Source of the DNA: Takakia lepidozioides
Taxonomy: Eukaryota; Plantae; Bryophyta
Reading direction: 5' to 3'
Length of the DNA: 64,000 bases
Assembly (NCBI GenBank): GCA_030704615.1
Contig: CM060734.1
Span: 9,362,001 to 9,426,000, forward strand
Shown here: positions 51,097 to 64,000 of the stretch, in pieces
Layout: each line of letters starts with the position of its first letter
Position numbering within the stretch: position 1 is the first letter of the stretch
Program-made: the position numbers and the translations under genes
Notes under the pieces: generated by a model
Databases searched by the model: none
What the model was told of the DNA's origin: nothing
Seen by the model: the letters and a program-made list of their open reading frames with translations, nothing else

Positions 51097-51821
51097 TGTC
51101 GCGGCCCTTTGCCTTGAGGGCAGGGGGTCGGGACACAAGAGGGGTTGCCCTTGTGGTGGGGGCAGTGGCAGCGATAGGTATGGGGGGCTGAAGCACCCTT
51201 GAGTGCCCAAGGCACTCAAGGAGGCAGAGGCGCTCACTAGGTGGAGCCCTGCACACCGGGTTGCGGTGGGGGTGGCTCCACAAGGGGTGGTGGTAGCTTA
51301 GCGGGACTTAGTGGGGGTGGCATAGGACTCACCCTAGGGCGGAGACCTCGTGGTGGGAGTCGTGGGGAGTCTTGGGACTCATCACGGTCCATAGGGGCCG
51401 TGGTGGGTGGGCCAAGACTCACCGCGACTCATCACCGGGTGTCGAGGGTGTTCGTGGTTGTTCGCCATAAAATGGCATGGTTGTTTGTGAAACCCCCGCG
51501 GACAGCTACAGAAGTATATATAGGGAGTAGTAACCCCGAGAACGGTGCAAGCCCGTTGGTGACCAAAAACTAGTGAGTAAGTGAGCGAGCCCGAAAGCGA
51601 CCAAAGAGTGGGGAGCTGTTCCGGATTGCCAACTACCAAAGGGAATTCCGCTGGTTCCAAATCGTTGGAGGGTTCTTTGGGAGATCAAAGGGGGACCGTT
51701 ATGCCGCGGTGAGCAGCCGGAGCTCCAAGTTGGCCCGGCGGCCAGGTTGGGAGTTAGGCGCGCGCATCAAGCGAGTAACTATGACTTGAGGGGAGAGCTT
51801 ACCGAAGTGAGGTGCGCGACA
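51097..51821 (+). repeat. 5' LTR
   Basis: Runs TGTCGCGG...GCGCGACA and is a direct repeat of 57337-58058. Confidence 0.97.
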
Positions 51822-51876
51822 CTTGGTATCAGAGCCTAGAGTTCAGTACGCGATCGTCCTTGGGATTGGCCTCATC

Positions 51877-54800
51877 ATGGGGTCGGGCAAGCCAAAGCGA
51901 AAGCGGAACGGCCCAAAAGATGATGATCCTGGTGAGCCCGATGGGGGCGATGTGTCACCGAGGCGGCCGTTTGAGGAAGCGATGCATGTTTCCGAAAACG
52001 AGGCCGCTCAAGAGTGGGAGGAATCTGAGGAGTCGGAGCCTGAGGAATCCCTGAGAGCTCCGACCGACCAACAGATGCCTCCCATGCCGGCGGCCTTTTG
52101 GGAAGGGTTGTTGGCGCAATTTGGCGGGACGTTGAAAGACGTGTTGAAGGCGGCTAATGCCACTTCCACTAAGGCAAAGTTTAAGGTGAAGCCTAATGAA
52201 CCCGACACCTTCGAGGGCATCCGAAATTGGAAGGCACTCAACACCTGGCTCTTGAAGCTAGAGCAGTACTTCCGGGCGGCCAAGTTGAGTGACGAGGATC
52301 AGGTGGAAGTGGCTCCCACCTATTTGAGGGGCTATGCTCAACAATGGTAGCAGAAACGCCTTCACGACCGAGGTCCAAGCCCGGAAACCTTGAACTGGAG
52401 TGGGTTCAAGGAATTGATGACGAGGTAGTTTGTGCCCCTCAACGCGTCCTGGCTCGCCCGGGACAAGATGAGGAATTTGAAGCAAACAGATGACATTCGG
52501 GGATATGTCCAGACTTTCAATGTGCTGTTGCTCGAAGTCGCGGACATGGCAGAACCAGAAATGGTCTTCAACTTTTTGGCGGGACTGGCCCCATGGGCCA
52601 GACGGAAGTTGGAGGAGAAGCCACCTAAGACTTTGAACGAGGCAATTGAGAGGGCTGAATGTTTCTCGGATGTCCCTAAGGGTGAAAGACAAGGCCGTAC
52701 GGAGCTGAACCACAAGAAGACCCAGCGGGAAGGTGACTCCTTCCGACCGGAAAAGAAGTGGGATAGGCCACGCGACGACAATGGCACGTGGAAATCGAAG
52801 GGAGGGCCTTCACAAGTCAAGGCGGCACCCGGTGCTTCGAAAGGAAAAGCGGGTGGAGCGGCCTATAGCGGACAGAAGGCGACCTTTGATGGAGTGTGTT
52901 TCAATTGCGGGGAGCCCGGGCACATGGCCAAGAAGTGCACGAAGCCCCGGCGATTGAACATGACTCGGGCGACCACAAAGCTGTCGGAAGATACCATTAG
53001 TCGCTTGGTGGAAGCGGTGGTCGCCAGGACTTGCAAGGTAGGCAAATTTTCTTGTGAGTTGTATCAGGAAACTGGCGCCTTACGTAAAGGGAGTCAGTTA
53101 TTGTTCGTGGATGGGATAATATCCGGAACTAACGTGTCATTGTTGGTGGACACAAGAGCGTCGCACTCCTTCATGACACCGGCAACGGCACAAAAGCTGG
53201 GACTCCCGACAAGTGACGTGGGGGCCTCTATTGAGGTGCGTTCTGCCAAGGGAGAACCGCAATTGGCGACAAGGTTGGCGTTTGAAGTTCCTCTTCAACT
53301 GGGGAGTTGGGAGGGACATGAGAACTTCCCCATCTGCGAGATTGATGGAGTGGATCTCATTTTGGGGATGACCTTTTTGAGCAAATCCGGAGCGGTCATA
53401 GATGGCCGCAAGAGAGTAGTCACGCTGCCATGTGGGAATGGTGGCGAGGTCTTACGAGTGTCGGAAACGCCCAAGCCCGTGGGAGGGCGAATAAACCTTC
53501 TGTCAGCAAGGGAGTGGGCCGTGGAGAAGGCACACGAACCCCAATTTTTGCTCTACATTAGAGAAGTGAAGGGAGAAGGCGATGGGGAGCCGAGCCCAGA
53601 TTGGATCAAGGGGATTTTGGAGAAATACCAGGATGTGATGTCGGAGGATTTACCAAGCGGCTTGCCACCGCGAAGAGGAATTGACCACAAGATTGAGGTG
53701 ATACCGGGATTGGAACCGCCTGCCAAGGCGCCCTACCGGTTGAGCCACAGAGAGTTGGTCGAGCTGAAGACTCAGCTCAAAGATCTAATGTCAAAGGGGT
53801 ACATCCGGCCGAGTAAGTCACCTTACGGAGCCCCAATGCTATTCGCAGACAAGAAGGATGGGACGCTGCGGATGTGTGTCGATTACAGGGCTTTGAATAA
53901 GGTGACTATCAAAAACCGGTACCCTTTGCCAAGGATCGACGACCTTTTCGATAGGTTGGCAGGAGCAAAGTATTTCAGCCGGATCGATTTGCGCTCCGGC
54001 TATCATCAAATTCGAGTGGCGGAAGGAGATGAGGAGAAGACCGCGTGCAGGACAAGGTATGGTTCATATGAGTTCTTGGTGATGCCTTTTGGACTCACCA
54101 ACGCTCCCGCGCCCTTTAGCACGCTGATGAACAGCCTTTTCCAGGAGTGGTTGGATGACTTTGTGATCGTGTACATCGACGACATCTTGGTGTATTCGAA
54201 AACAAAGGAGGAGCACCTGGAGCACCTCAAAAGGGTGTTCCAGAAATTGCGGGAAGGGAAGCTGTATGCCAAAGCTTCAAAGTGCGAATTCGGGGTCACA
54301 AAAGTGGAGTTCCTGGGGCATGTGATTACACAGGATGGGATCAGAATGGATGACAGGAAGGTGAGGGCAATCTTGGACTGGGAGCCTCCGACTTTGGTCC
54401 CGGGAGTGCGATCCTTCCTAGGACTCGCCTCCTATTACCGGAAGTATGTGAGAAATTTCGCCAAGATCGCAGGGCCGCTGTCAGACCTTCTGTGTAAATC
54501 CAAAGTCTGGGCATGGAACACCTTTTGTGGCCAAGCTTTTGCTGAATTGAAGCAGCGGATGGCGGAAGTTCCAGTCTTGAAAATCCCGGAGTTCGATCGT
54601 CCGTTCAAGATTCATACAGATGCGTCGGACTTCGCGATTGGGGGTGTACTGATGCAAGATGGACGTCTAGTGGCTTACGAAAGTAAGAAACTGAATGAAG
54701 TGGAGCGACGGTGGCCGACGCACGAGAAAGAGATGAAGGCGGTGGTGCACTGTCTTGAGCTTTGGCGCCACTATGTTGGTTCCAACCCAGTGAAGGTGTT

Positions 54801-56431
54801 CACGGACAATGTCACGGTGAAGTATTTTGCCACGCAGCCCAAGTTGTCCCCAAAACAACTTAGGTGGCAAGATACTTTGGCGGTGTTCGACGTGGATATC
54901 CAGTACAAACCGGGATGGGACAACGTGGTGGCCGATGCTTTAAGTAGAAAGCAGCAGCTCTTGTTGGTGTACAAGGGCGAGATGGAGCTCCAAAGGAAGA
55001 TCCGGAAGGCTTGCCGGAAGGATGAGCTGGCGAAGTCCGTGATGCAAGACTTGAGGATGGGGGTTAAATCGCAGTTCCACTTGCAAAATGGACTGCTCCG
55101 GTATAAGCAAAAGCGTCTCTACGTGCCAAAGGGAGGGATCAGAGATAGCCTCTTGAGAGAATGCCATGATAGCCCGCTTGCGGGCCACGGCGGAGCCAAG
55201 CGCACTGCGGCACTCTTGAAGAAAGAGTATTTCTGGCCCAAATTGAGGGAGGAGGCAGAGGAGTATGTCAAGACATGCACCACATGCCAACAAAACCAGA
55301 GCGAGTACAAAAAGCAAGCGGGGCTGTTACAACCCTTGCCGATTCTAGAGGGGACTTGGGAAAGCGTCTCGATGGATTTCATGACTGCTATGCCGCTGTC
55401 AAAAGGATTCGATGCAATCATGGTGGTGGTGGATAGGTTCAGTAAAATGGGCCATTTCATCCCCACCAAGGAGACGGCAACGGCGCAGGAAACAGGGCGA
55501 CTTTACTTCGCCCACGTCTTAAAGCATCATGGAGTCCCGAAGGATATTGTCTCAGACCGCGATCCAAAGTTTACGAGTAAATTTTGGAGGGCACTTTGGA
55601 AGAAGATGGGGACAAGGCTGAAGATGAGCACCGCCTTCCGACCTACGACCGACGGCCAAACGGAAAGAGTGAATTCCGCAGATCTTGCGGAATTACGTGT
55701 CGACAGACCAAACAGACTGGGTGGAACACTTAGACGCGGCAGAGTTCTGTTATAATAACACAGAACACTCCGCAATGGGAGTTTTCCCTTTCGTATTGGT
55801 CTATGGAAAAGCACCTCTGGTGCCGACAAAATGGGCCGCCCAGGACGTTGAGGAACCGGCAGTAGCGGCGGTACTGGAAGAACGCGAGCGTTTGTTGAAG
55901 CTCGCAAAGTACAACATTGCCAAAGCTAGGAAACGGTATGAAAGGCAGGCGAATCGGAAGCGGAGGGAAGTGAAGTTTGAGGCAGGCACGGAGGTCTGGT
56001 TGAACATCAAGAATTTCCGACTACTTCCGGAAGTGAGTCCAAAGTTCGTACCTCCGTATGCGGGACCCTTTCGCATCTGGAAGGTTATGAACAAGGATGT
56101 GTATGAATTGGAGCTGCCGGCAAACAGCAAGGTGCATCCAGTATTCCACGTCTCCCTTTTGAAGCCTTACTTCAAAGATGAAGCGCGTCCGAATCGGCAT
56201 CAAGTGTTGCGTCCGCCACCTGTGCTGTTGGATCATGAAAATGAACCTAAGTATGAGGTGGAGGCAGTACTTAAGTCGAGGAGGTTCAAGAACCGAGAAA
56301 CGGAGTATCTCGTCAAATGGAAGGGCTATCATCATGTGGAGGCATCTTGGGTGCGTGCCTCAGAAATGAGAAACGCATCCGAGGCGGTTGCAGTTTTCGA
56401 AGGGCGACCTCAAAAGCGGAAGAAGCGTTGA
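51877..56431 (+). pseudogene. gag-pol polyprotein with chromodomain (two gag stops, one frameshift)
   Basis: [14 protein letters not shown], protease site VDTR (normally DTG), YIDD, HTDASDF, integrase and chromodomain. TAG stops at 52348 and 52426. An 8-bp deletion near 55678. Confidence 0.93.
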
Positions 56432-57336
56432 TGGGACATCAACCTTGGAGCGTGGGGGAGGAAATGCATGCTTAGCCCGGCTTAGCTAGCTTAGAAATCC
56501 GATTGCAAAAACTTGTATTGTACAAAAATTTGTTATAAAGGAAATGGGTTCCAAATGTTGTGCGTCCTATTTTGTTTGGAATGGTGATGCATGGTGTGGT
56601 TGACTAGTGTGTAGAATGCATGCTAGCTTACAAAAGTGGGAGAGGTAAATTGGGTTAATCGTGTGTTTGCGCAGTGCCGAAATCGGGTGACTCCCATCCA
56701 AGGGGCAAGGAAAATTGCGCCTTCTTTAGGAGTTCACGTGCTAGTGCGCACCTGGCGCGTGCGCATACTATAACTGCGCTACCGAGGGGGTTGCTTTGTA
56801 GTGCGGGCTAACGCGGAAGCTACATGCTTCCGTTCACGTACTATAATCGTGTAGCCTCGGGACGAAGTCGTAGTGCGGCTTCGGCGTGTTCCCGTACCTC
56901 AGGCCAGCATTCCAAGGCAGACCCAATTGTAGTGATTGGGGCGCACGGTTGGTTCAAGGTTATCTTCCTAGTCAAAGAGGGTTCGAGGTGAACCCTTGCT
57001 CAAGGTGGTGCCAAAAGCGGCATCATGAGCGGTCGCAAGCAATGTTGTTGCAGTAAGGCGATTCGATCCTCAGGGAGGATCGTTCCTTGGCCTTGAAGTA
57101 GGCCAAGAAGAGTGCACTGGGAGGAGCTTGAGAGGCTCCACCCTTGGCCGGGACTTGGAGAAAGTCGGCCGAACTAGCTAGTGGAGAGTAGAGTCAAGTG
57201 TGGGGTTTGGTTCTTTGTCATGGGATGCCATGGTACGGAAACAAACTCCTTGATGTGGGACGCTACAACTTGGATGTTCGTTTCCACAAAATGGACAAGC
57301 CGATGAGGACATCGACTCCCTGTTGGTAGGGGTGCG

Positions 57337-58058
57337 TGTCGCGGCCCTTTGCCTTGAGGGCAGGGGGTCGGGACACAAGAGGGGCTGCCCCTGTGGTGGG
57401 GGCAGTGGCAGCGATAGGTATGGGGGGCTGAAGCACCCTTGAGTGCCCAAGGCACTCAAGGAGGCAGAGGCACTCACTAGGTGGAGCCCCGCACACCGGG
57501 TTACGGGGGTGGCTCCACAAGGGGTGGTGGTAGCTTAGCGGGACTTAGTGGGGGTGGCATAGGACTCACCCTGGGGCGGAGACCTCGTGGTGGGAGTCGT
57601 GGGGAGTCTTGGGACTCATCACGGTCCATAGGGGCCGTGGTGGGTGGGCCAAGACTCACCGCGACTCATCACCGGGTGTCGAGGGTGTTCGTGGTGGTTC
57701 GCCATAAAATGGCATGGTTGTTTGTGAAACCCCCGCGGACAGCTACAGAAGTATATATAAGGAGTAGTAACCCCGAGAACGGTGCAAGCTCGTTGGTGAC
57801 CAAAAACTAGTGAGTAAGCGAGCGAGCCGGAAAGCGACCAAAGAGTGGGGAGCTGTTCCGGACTGCCAACTACCAAAGGGAATTCTGCTGGTTCCAAATC
57901 GTTGGAGGGTTCTTTGGGAGATCAAAGGGGGACCGTTATGCCGCGGTGAGCAGCCGGAGCTCCAAGTTGGCCCGGCGGCCAGGTTGGGAGTTAGGCGCGC
58001 GCATCAAGCGAGTAACTATGACTTGAGGGGAGAGCTTACCGAAGTGAGGTGCGCGACA
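57337..58058 (+). repeat. 3' LTR
   Basis: Direct repeat of the 5' LTR with roughly a dozen substitutions and one 3-bp indel. Confidence 0.97.
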
Positions 58059-58918
58059 AGTATTGAGGACAATACTCCATTATAGGAGGAGAGGTGATAT
58101 AACGTCCCTGTGAGATTGAACCTGCGACAGGCTTCACAGGATGTTGAACGGTTCAACAATCGTCGACAGCTGTCTGGGGAAGGTGCTGGGGATGTCACGT
58201 GGAACAGCAGGTGGTGGAAAGCTCCCGTTGATCAAAAAGCTACATATGAAGATGATAGATAAGTGTACAGGGAGGAGATTAGGGATTATCTTCTTATGGT
58301 TTTTTCCCTAGATGAGAGAACTCGTAGACGTTGGCTGTACAGAGTGTGGCAGACATGACGGCCATGGTGAACAGTGTCTACGAGTAGGGAAGAGAGATGA
58401 TATAGAAACCGATGCATGGTGTGGCGGTTGGGAGGACTAGGTGTATCCCAGTACCATGTACAATTTCTAGGATTGGGTGATAGTTCCAGTTGAGTCAGGA
58501 ATCATTGGGACTTGAAGGATCTGTACATAAAGTAATCGTTGGTATTTGGCCATATTGGAATAAGAGCCAATGGCACACAGTGATGACGGTGGTGGCCTAT
58601 GATGTGTGATCTCGCCTAATTGCCAAGGACTTAGTCTAAATTCAAGTCTGGTCATGATGGAACCATTGGCAGGGAAGTGAGATCTGAATTTTCAGTTGAC
58701 GAATAGGCAGGGTAGAAAGAGTTGAAAGAGAATTAGACAAGAGGAACGCAAGACCTAGTACATCATGGCTTCAAAATAGCGGCAAGGACTTCATTTACTC
58801 GGGTATATTCGCTAATCTGTTGAGTGGGTTCTGCTCAATGTGCATTACTTTGGTGGTTACCTTTGGTCTGTCTTTCAGTTAAATCTGTTGGGCTGATTCA
58901 AGCGATATGGCTATGCAG

Positions 58919-59357
58919 GCATCACTGGATATCCACTGCAAGCATATATTTTCATGGGCCCAATCTATTATCAGAAGCTCAAACACATGGTATTGGTGTT
59001 ATATCTGTATTTTGCTCAATTAGAATGTATTGTAATGGATTGAATGATTATATATCGCATTTGTTGTGCATCTAATAAAGATTCCAAGGAGTGTTTCCAT
59101 TGATGATTTGTGCAAAAAGAGATCTGGAACAGGACACAGAGAAGTCTAATAGCAGTTTTGCAAAACAATTGCTGATATTTGATGGAGACTACCAGAAAGG
59201 CAGGAAGGAAATGCGAGCAAGATAGGTAACTTTTTGGGGAAAGTAGGCTGGCAGTTGATATGTGTGATGTAGGTGTTAGACAAAATGCATGCACGGGCCC
59301 GAGGCCCAAGAGTGGTGCTCACCAAGCAACCCACTGAAGGAAAAAGTCGTGAAGAAG
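58919..59357 (+). pseudogene. NRPC2: Two-exon fragment of RNA polymerase III second-largest subunit
   Basis: Exons 58919-58989 ([23 protein letters not shown]) and 59273-59357 ([28 protein letters not shown]), with AG/GT borders. YYQKLKHM is the C2-type form of the motif. Confidence 0.8.
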
Positions 59358-59404
59358 GTAATGTGGCATCCCTGTTGAAGCTCCTTCTCAGAATATTCAT
59401 ATGA

Positions 59405-59738
59405 GTACCTGGTGACCAAGTCCGATAGGTATGCCATGCCAACGCCGGAGGAGATCTTTGATGCCATTGGGCATGCCAAGGTCTTTAACACTTTGGATTT
59501 GCGACCCGGATATCACTAGTTGCCGATCAAGGAGGCGGACAAGCAAAAGACGACATTCTGGGGGATCAATGAGCACGATAAGGATTGTCTATATCAGTGG
59601 CGATTCTTATCATTCGGGTTGAAGAATGCAACTGCAGAGTTCCAGAGAGTCATGGACAGGATTCTGGCGGGGGTGAAGTTTGCTCGGTGTTATATAGATG
59701 ATATTATCATCTTCAGTGCTACGGTGGGGCAGTTGTAG
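59405..59738 (+). pseudogene. Gypsy reverse transcriptase fragment
   Basis: DRYAMPTPEEIFD, LDLRPGYH*, FGLKNA and YIDDIIIFS. Confidence 0.85.
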
Positions 59739-61183
59739 GGTACGGTAGACCAAAAGAGGCAGATTTTTTCTCCATGAAAGTCTATATAGGTACCTCAAAT
59801 TGAGGGAATTTATCCAAATATTTAATTTTAAATGATAGATATGATATATTTAACACTTTTAGTAAAAAGTCCCACCCCAAATAAGCTAGAATTTTTTATT
59901 ATAAATTTTAGTATTTAATTCTGAAAAATAAAAAACCATTTTTTATTTCTAATAATTAGAGATTTTTCACTCACGGCGGCGAGCTTGCAGCGGCATGTGT
60001 GCTTCAGTTTGCCGTAGTAAAGGTGGAGTCCCCATGGCTTGGGGTGCCTTAGGCTTGATTCGTAATGTATGAGTGATGGTGGTAGTTTACTTCTTTATCA
60101 TTGTGGCAGACTGGTTTGTGATTACATATGTGTTGTGTGGTTTGGATAACGATGTAGTTGTGCAGCGATACGTATGCGCATGACAAGCCGATAATTCCTG
60201 TATCTCGGTGGAGCATGGAACAACGCTAACATGAGTTCTTTCAAAATCCTTCACAATAGTAGAACAAGTGTCTTGTAAACTATTTAAGGCATAAGTTTCT
60301 TTATTTTGCTTCAATTTGAAACCTTGTCTTATGGGAGTAGTTGTTTTAGGGCTACCTAGTTTTTGGCATGTTGCATACAACAAAAACCTTTTTTTCTTAT
60401 GAATGAGTATGTGGAAGCACAACCATGATTCACTAGCTGTAGGTCATGACTGATTGTTCTGAGCGGGCTGAGTGCTTAGAGATATCCAACTCTTCTATCT
60501 TGGAGTTCCCACCTTGGATAGCGAAGGGATGGGTGAGTAAAAGCCGCTCGACAGGCTTGTATTTGAATTGTTTGAAGAATGAATCTTTGTGTTTGATTAC
60601 TAATTTGAAATATAACCAGCTCTGGCAAAGGTAGGCTAGCAGGCTGGATCTATGATATAAGGCCACTATAAGGCCACTATGTGCTAATTCCCCCCCCCCC
60701 CCACTAGCAAGCCATGGCGGCCCAGGGGGGGGTGGGTTGTATTTTTTTTGTATTGGGGTTTGGGCGGGCTGATTTCGCTTGACAGCAGCTGCCCCAAGGT
60801 CGTGAGCACGACATACGGGGAGCGGGGCCCCAGCGCTGACCTTAAGTCGTACTGAGATCAAGTACATCAACCGCGTGGCTCAGGCGTGAGGCCCTGAAGT
60901 GTGCGAGGGCAGGTCTTTACCCGCAGGATAACCAAAAGCTGAGACGGACCGGCGGACGCCGACGCTAACCGCAGCGGTCCACGGCTTGGACCGCTACACG
61001 CGGATCTGTGCCCCGCCACGTGGCGGGGGCATTTTACCCAGCGGGCAATGTGTCTGCAAATTCCCTTAAAAGGGGGTATTCTTACCTTTAGCTATTAGAT
61101 TCAATTTATACCCCTCTAAGGGTTAGGAGCCATTATCTAAGGCGCCAATGGTAGATAAAATCTAGGAACCAACACTCTCTTCT

Positions 61184-64000
61184 GGGGGAATGCTTGCGCG
61201 TGAGCCTGTGAGCCTGTGAGCCTGGCTAGGCTCACGCCACGTCAGCAAACATCCACGTGTTCAGGCCCTAATTCCGTGCTCCCCTCCCCTATTACCGCGG
61301 TTCCGTGCTCTCACCCCTATTACCGTGCTCCCCCCCCCCCCTTTTACCTATGTCCGTGCTTCCCCCCCCCCCTATGTCCTAATTTTTTATCCCTCTTTAC
61401 TGCCCCCACATGAATATTCCTTGTGGCCGAGAACAATGGCAGGTTTGCGGATGAATTTTGTGGGAGATCCTGACTTTGGAATGAGGAGATCGCCTACTAC
61501 AGAACTGAATCTGAAAAGAAAAAATGTTTTTTTGGCAAAGCAGTACATTCACTCCAACACACAAACATTTTTCAATTCCGCACTCCGAAGAAATACCGTA
61601 GGCAATCCCTAACTATACTTACGGGAACGCGCAGAGAACTTGAAAAACAGTATGGGATGGAAGCAAAGCCAAAACACAATTTATTGAGCCTCAGTACTTG
61701 AACCGTCAAGAAATATTGGAGGTTTCAGAGGAACCACTGCCAGAGTTAATAGCAATATCATCTATGAATACAGCAGCACATACATGACGTTTTTTTTTCC
61801 CACGACCTTTATGGAGATGCGAATACAGTGTTTGTTCGGATAACACCCGTGCGCAAGCTTCCGCGTAAACCGGCAAGCGGTTGGATCTAGGGGGACTCGG
61901 GGACATGTAGTATCCTTGGAATCCGAAAGGTGTCTGCTGATTCAATGACTGGTGCAGAACTCTGGAAAGGAACCTGAGAAATGGTGGCAGATGTTAACAT
62001 CCAGATATAGACAATGTTACGCAATTTTTTCGAACGGGAACGACACAAGGAAATGCCACATATTTTGAACGACTACAGAAGAACTTACTCACACTCAAAA
62101 TCGGAGTCCACGTCCAGATCCTCGTCAGGCGCTTCGGGCTCCTCCAGAAGTCCCTCTTTGGATGGGGTAGAAGTAGTGTCCGACTCAAGCTGACGAAGCT
62201 CGCTCGAGAAGAGCTCCGTATCAGCTTCCATGCCGAAGAAGTGCCTTCCGGCGCTCTTGCAAGCATGAAAACATGCTCCTGCAAATCCAAGAAGAACGAG
62301 AAATAAAAACAGGGTTTCCCTAAGGTTACTGCCCATATGTCAATCACAATGTGAAGTGCCCCACCTGTGCCCATAGACAAGTCGATCACTCGTCCACCAT
62401 GACGGCTGCATGTCTCCACCAAAGTCTGCATGAAAGCTGGAGATTTCTCCCGTGCACCTCTCCAAGGGACACCAATCGACCTTTTCATAGTTCGACCCGA
62501 GTCCACGTAATTGAAGAGAACATCATCCTCCATAGGCTCGCAGGTGGGGTCAATATGAGCTGCAAGGTCCCTCATCTGGAACTCAGCAACACCAGGAGGA
62601 AGAGTGTCCTTCCGCCTCACCAGGCACAAAGCTTCGAACACCCGTGTCTGTCAACAATGAGGAAGAGAGCATGAGACAGAAGGCATAACCCAGCATTTTT
62701 ATTTACCGAAAAAACAACGAAACATGAATTGAAAGGAACCAACTCACTTTCTGCCCCGGGAACTCGCCCTTCGTAAGAGGCAGAGTATTGATGCATGTCC
62801 AAGTTTTGATGACACGAAACCCGGAGGCTTTCATGTAGCTGAAAAGAGTTCTTCGGGCCGACATGTCCTTTGACTGCATGAGAAGAAGAGCCCCCGAGTC
62901 CGAAAGGAATTTGTTGCTGAACGAGAAAGCCCACTGCCAATAACGAGAATCCGATTTGTTCCAAGTCGGGGTCGAATTGGAAGGGAACACATCAGGGACA
63001 GGATAACCGTCAGGAATGTCCAGCACCACAAGGTCAGTCGCGTATGCCTGCTGAACTCCATTCACCCATTCCGGATTTTTTGTCACCTACAGGGAAAAAC
63101 AGGAGACAGTGTAAGAAGCCCAATCCAAATCGAGCAGGAGATCAATCCCCTGGAAAAGCCACAACAAGATGCCAAAACACAATTATTCATACAACAGTTT
63201 AGACAGAAGTGTTTACCTGAGTGAGGAACGAAACAAGCATGTCCCATGATTTCGAGGGCACCCCTTTGAATGTGGACTTCCTGGACTCCATCATTGCAAG
63301 AAAACTTTCATTCAGCACCCTACGATTGAACTGGCCCAAAACCCTGGAGGGATGTTCTCTCGCCTCGTAAGGCTGCTCCCTCGACTTTGATGTTCTCCTA
63401 TCCCTCCTTGCGGGAGCAGGCTCTCTGACAGGAACCTCTGACGGTCCCTGTCCTTGCGGAGCTGCACTTTTCCCCTTCCCCTTAGGATCCCCGACAGTCT
63501 TCCCCTTTCGTTTTGGAGTGGCAGTTCTCTCGGGCTCTTTTGCAGCCAGAGTAGAAATGATTCTGTCCTAAATGTCTTTGTCTGCCAATGGGGCAATCGT
63601 TGCGGCATTGTCGTTCAGGTTTCTCAAAACAACTTCATCGAATGGTGTGTCCTGTTTTGGCAGGTCGAGGTACCACCCACAGTCTCTGAAGTGCGCCCTG
63701 CTCCAGTCTCTGGCAATACCAGCCGTGTACATTGTCTTCTCATTGGAGGGGTCAGCCCATGAATAGATGAAGTCTGGGTCATCGCTAAGGTACTTTCCCG
63801 GTATGAGGATATGATACATATACCTGAATCAAACACCAAAAACCCAGATAGTCAGTCAATCGGAAAATGGAAAAGAACAGACATTCAGAAGAAGATATTG
63901 AAATAAAGGAAGGGAACACCTGGTAATCAACTTTTGCTGTCTAGAATCAACCTTGCGTTGACGCAATGTTGATTCGAGCAGAAATGGGAAACACCTAGTG
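61184..64000. mobile_element. MULE-like element, copy 3 (left part; continues beyond window)
   Basis: Terminus GGGGGAATGCTTGCGCGTGAGCCTGTGAGCCTGTGAGCC parallels copy-2 GGGGG..CATGAGCCATGAGCC. CCTATTACCG subterminal motifs match copy 1. Followed by the 3' half of the MTase gene in the same orientation as copy 2. Confidence 0.7.
62085..63822 (-). CDS. 3' exons of the beta-class N4C/N6A DNA methyltransferase-like cargo gene (partial)
   Basis: DLVVLDIPDGYP..KFLSDSGALLL..GFRVIKTW in 62703-63086. REKSPAFMQTLVETCSRHGGRVIDLSMGT-G-ACFHACKSAGRHFFGME spans intron 62279-62364. Exon 63568-63819 (GWYLDL) matches 26594-26974. Confidence 0.8.

Larger units (their letters stand above)
51097..58058 (+). mobile_element. 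Structurally complete Ty3/Gypsy chromovirus
   Basis: TG..CA LTRs at 51097-51821 and 57337-58058. TSD AGTAT at 51092-51096 and 58059-58063. PBS TGGTATCAGAGC (tRNA-iMet type) at 51824. Confidence 0.97.

Noticed and set aside
51241-51688. Gly/Pro-rich ORFs, repeated at 37237-37574 and 57481-57925
   Set aside because: They lie within GC-rich LTRs and show no coding evidence.
60960-61050. GC-rich hairpins (GCCCCGCCACGTGGCGGGGGC) as a Helitron end or terminator
   Set aside because: No CTRR terminus follows at the expected distance and no other support was found.

Overview
A repeat-dense eukaryotic window, very likely a land plant and possibly a bryophyte (inferred from GT-AG introns, plant-type chromoviruses and host-gene fragments). 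It consists almost entirely of nested, partly decayed transposons. The main finding is a family of large Mutator-like (MULE) DNA transposons seen three times. One copy is complete at 21402-36742 (15.3 kb, 9-bp TSD GATTTCTGT). The right part of a second copy lies at 1-7740 and the left part of a third at ~61184-64000. Besides a GCM/WRKY-fold + DDE + SWIM transposase, the family carries a divergently transcribed, intron-containing gene. It combines a ParB/Sulfiredoxin-like domain with a prokaryote-type beta-class N4C/N6A DNA methyltransferase domain that has a non-canonical DIPD motif IV. The complete copy also holds about 45-50 copies of a 22-bp palindrome (GGAAATGCGGYRCCGCATTTCC). About 32 are phased at ~53 bp between the two genes, and the rest lie in introns and other non-coding DNA. 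It also has a divergent pair of paralogous ~190-aa orphan genes. The rest of the window contains a structurally complete chromovirus LTR element (51097-58058, TSD AGTAT) and several chromovirus fragments. It also contains a doubly inverted non-chromovirus Gypsy element, a hAT transposase remnant, an intronless kinase-like ORF, a probable Helitron end, and captured F-box/kelch and RNA polymerase III subunit 2 fragments. Coordinates and copy counts were read by eye. No database searches were run.
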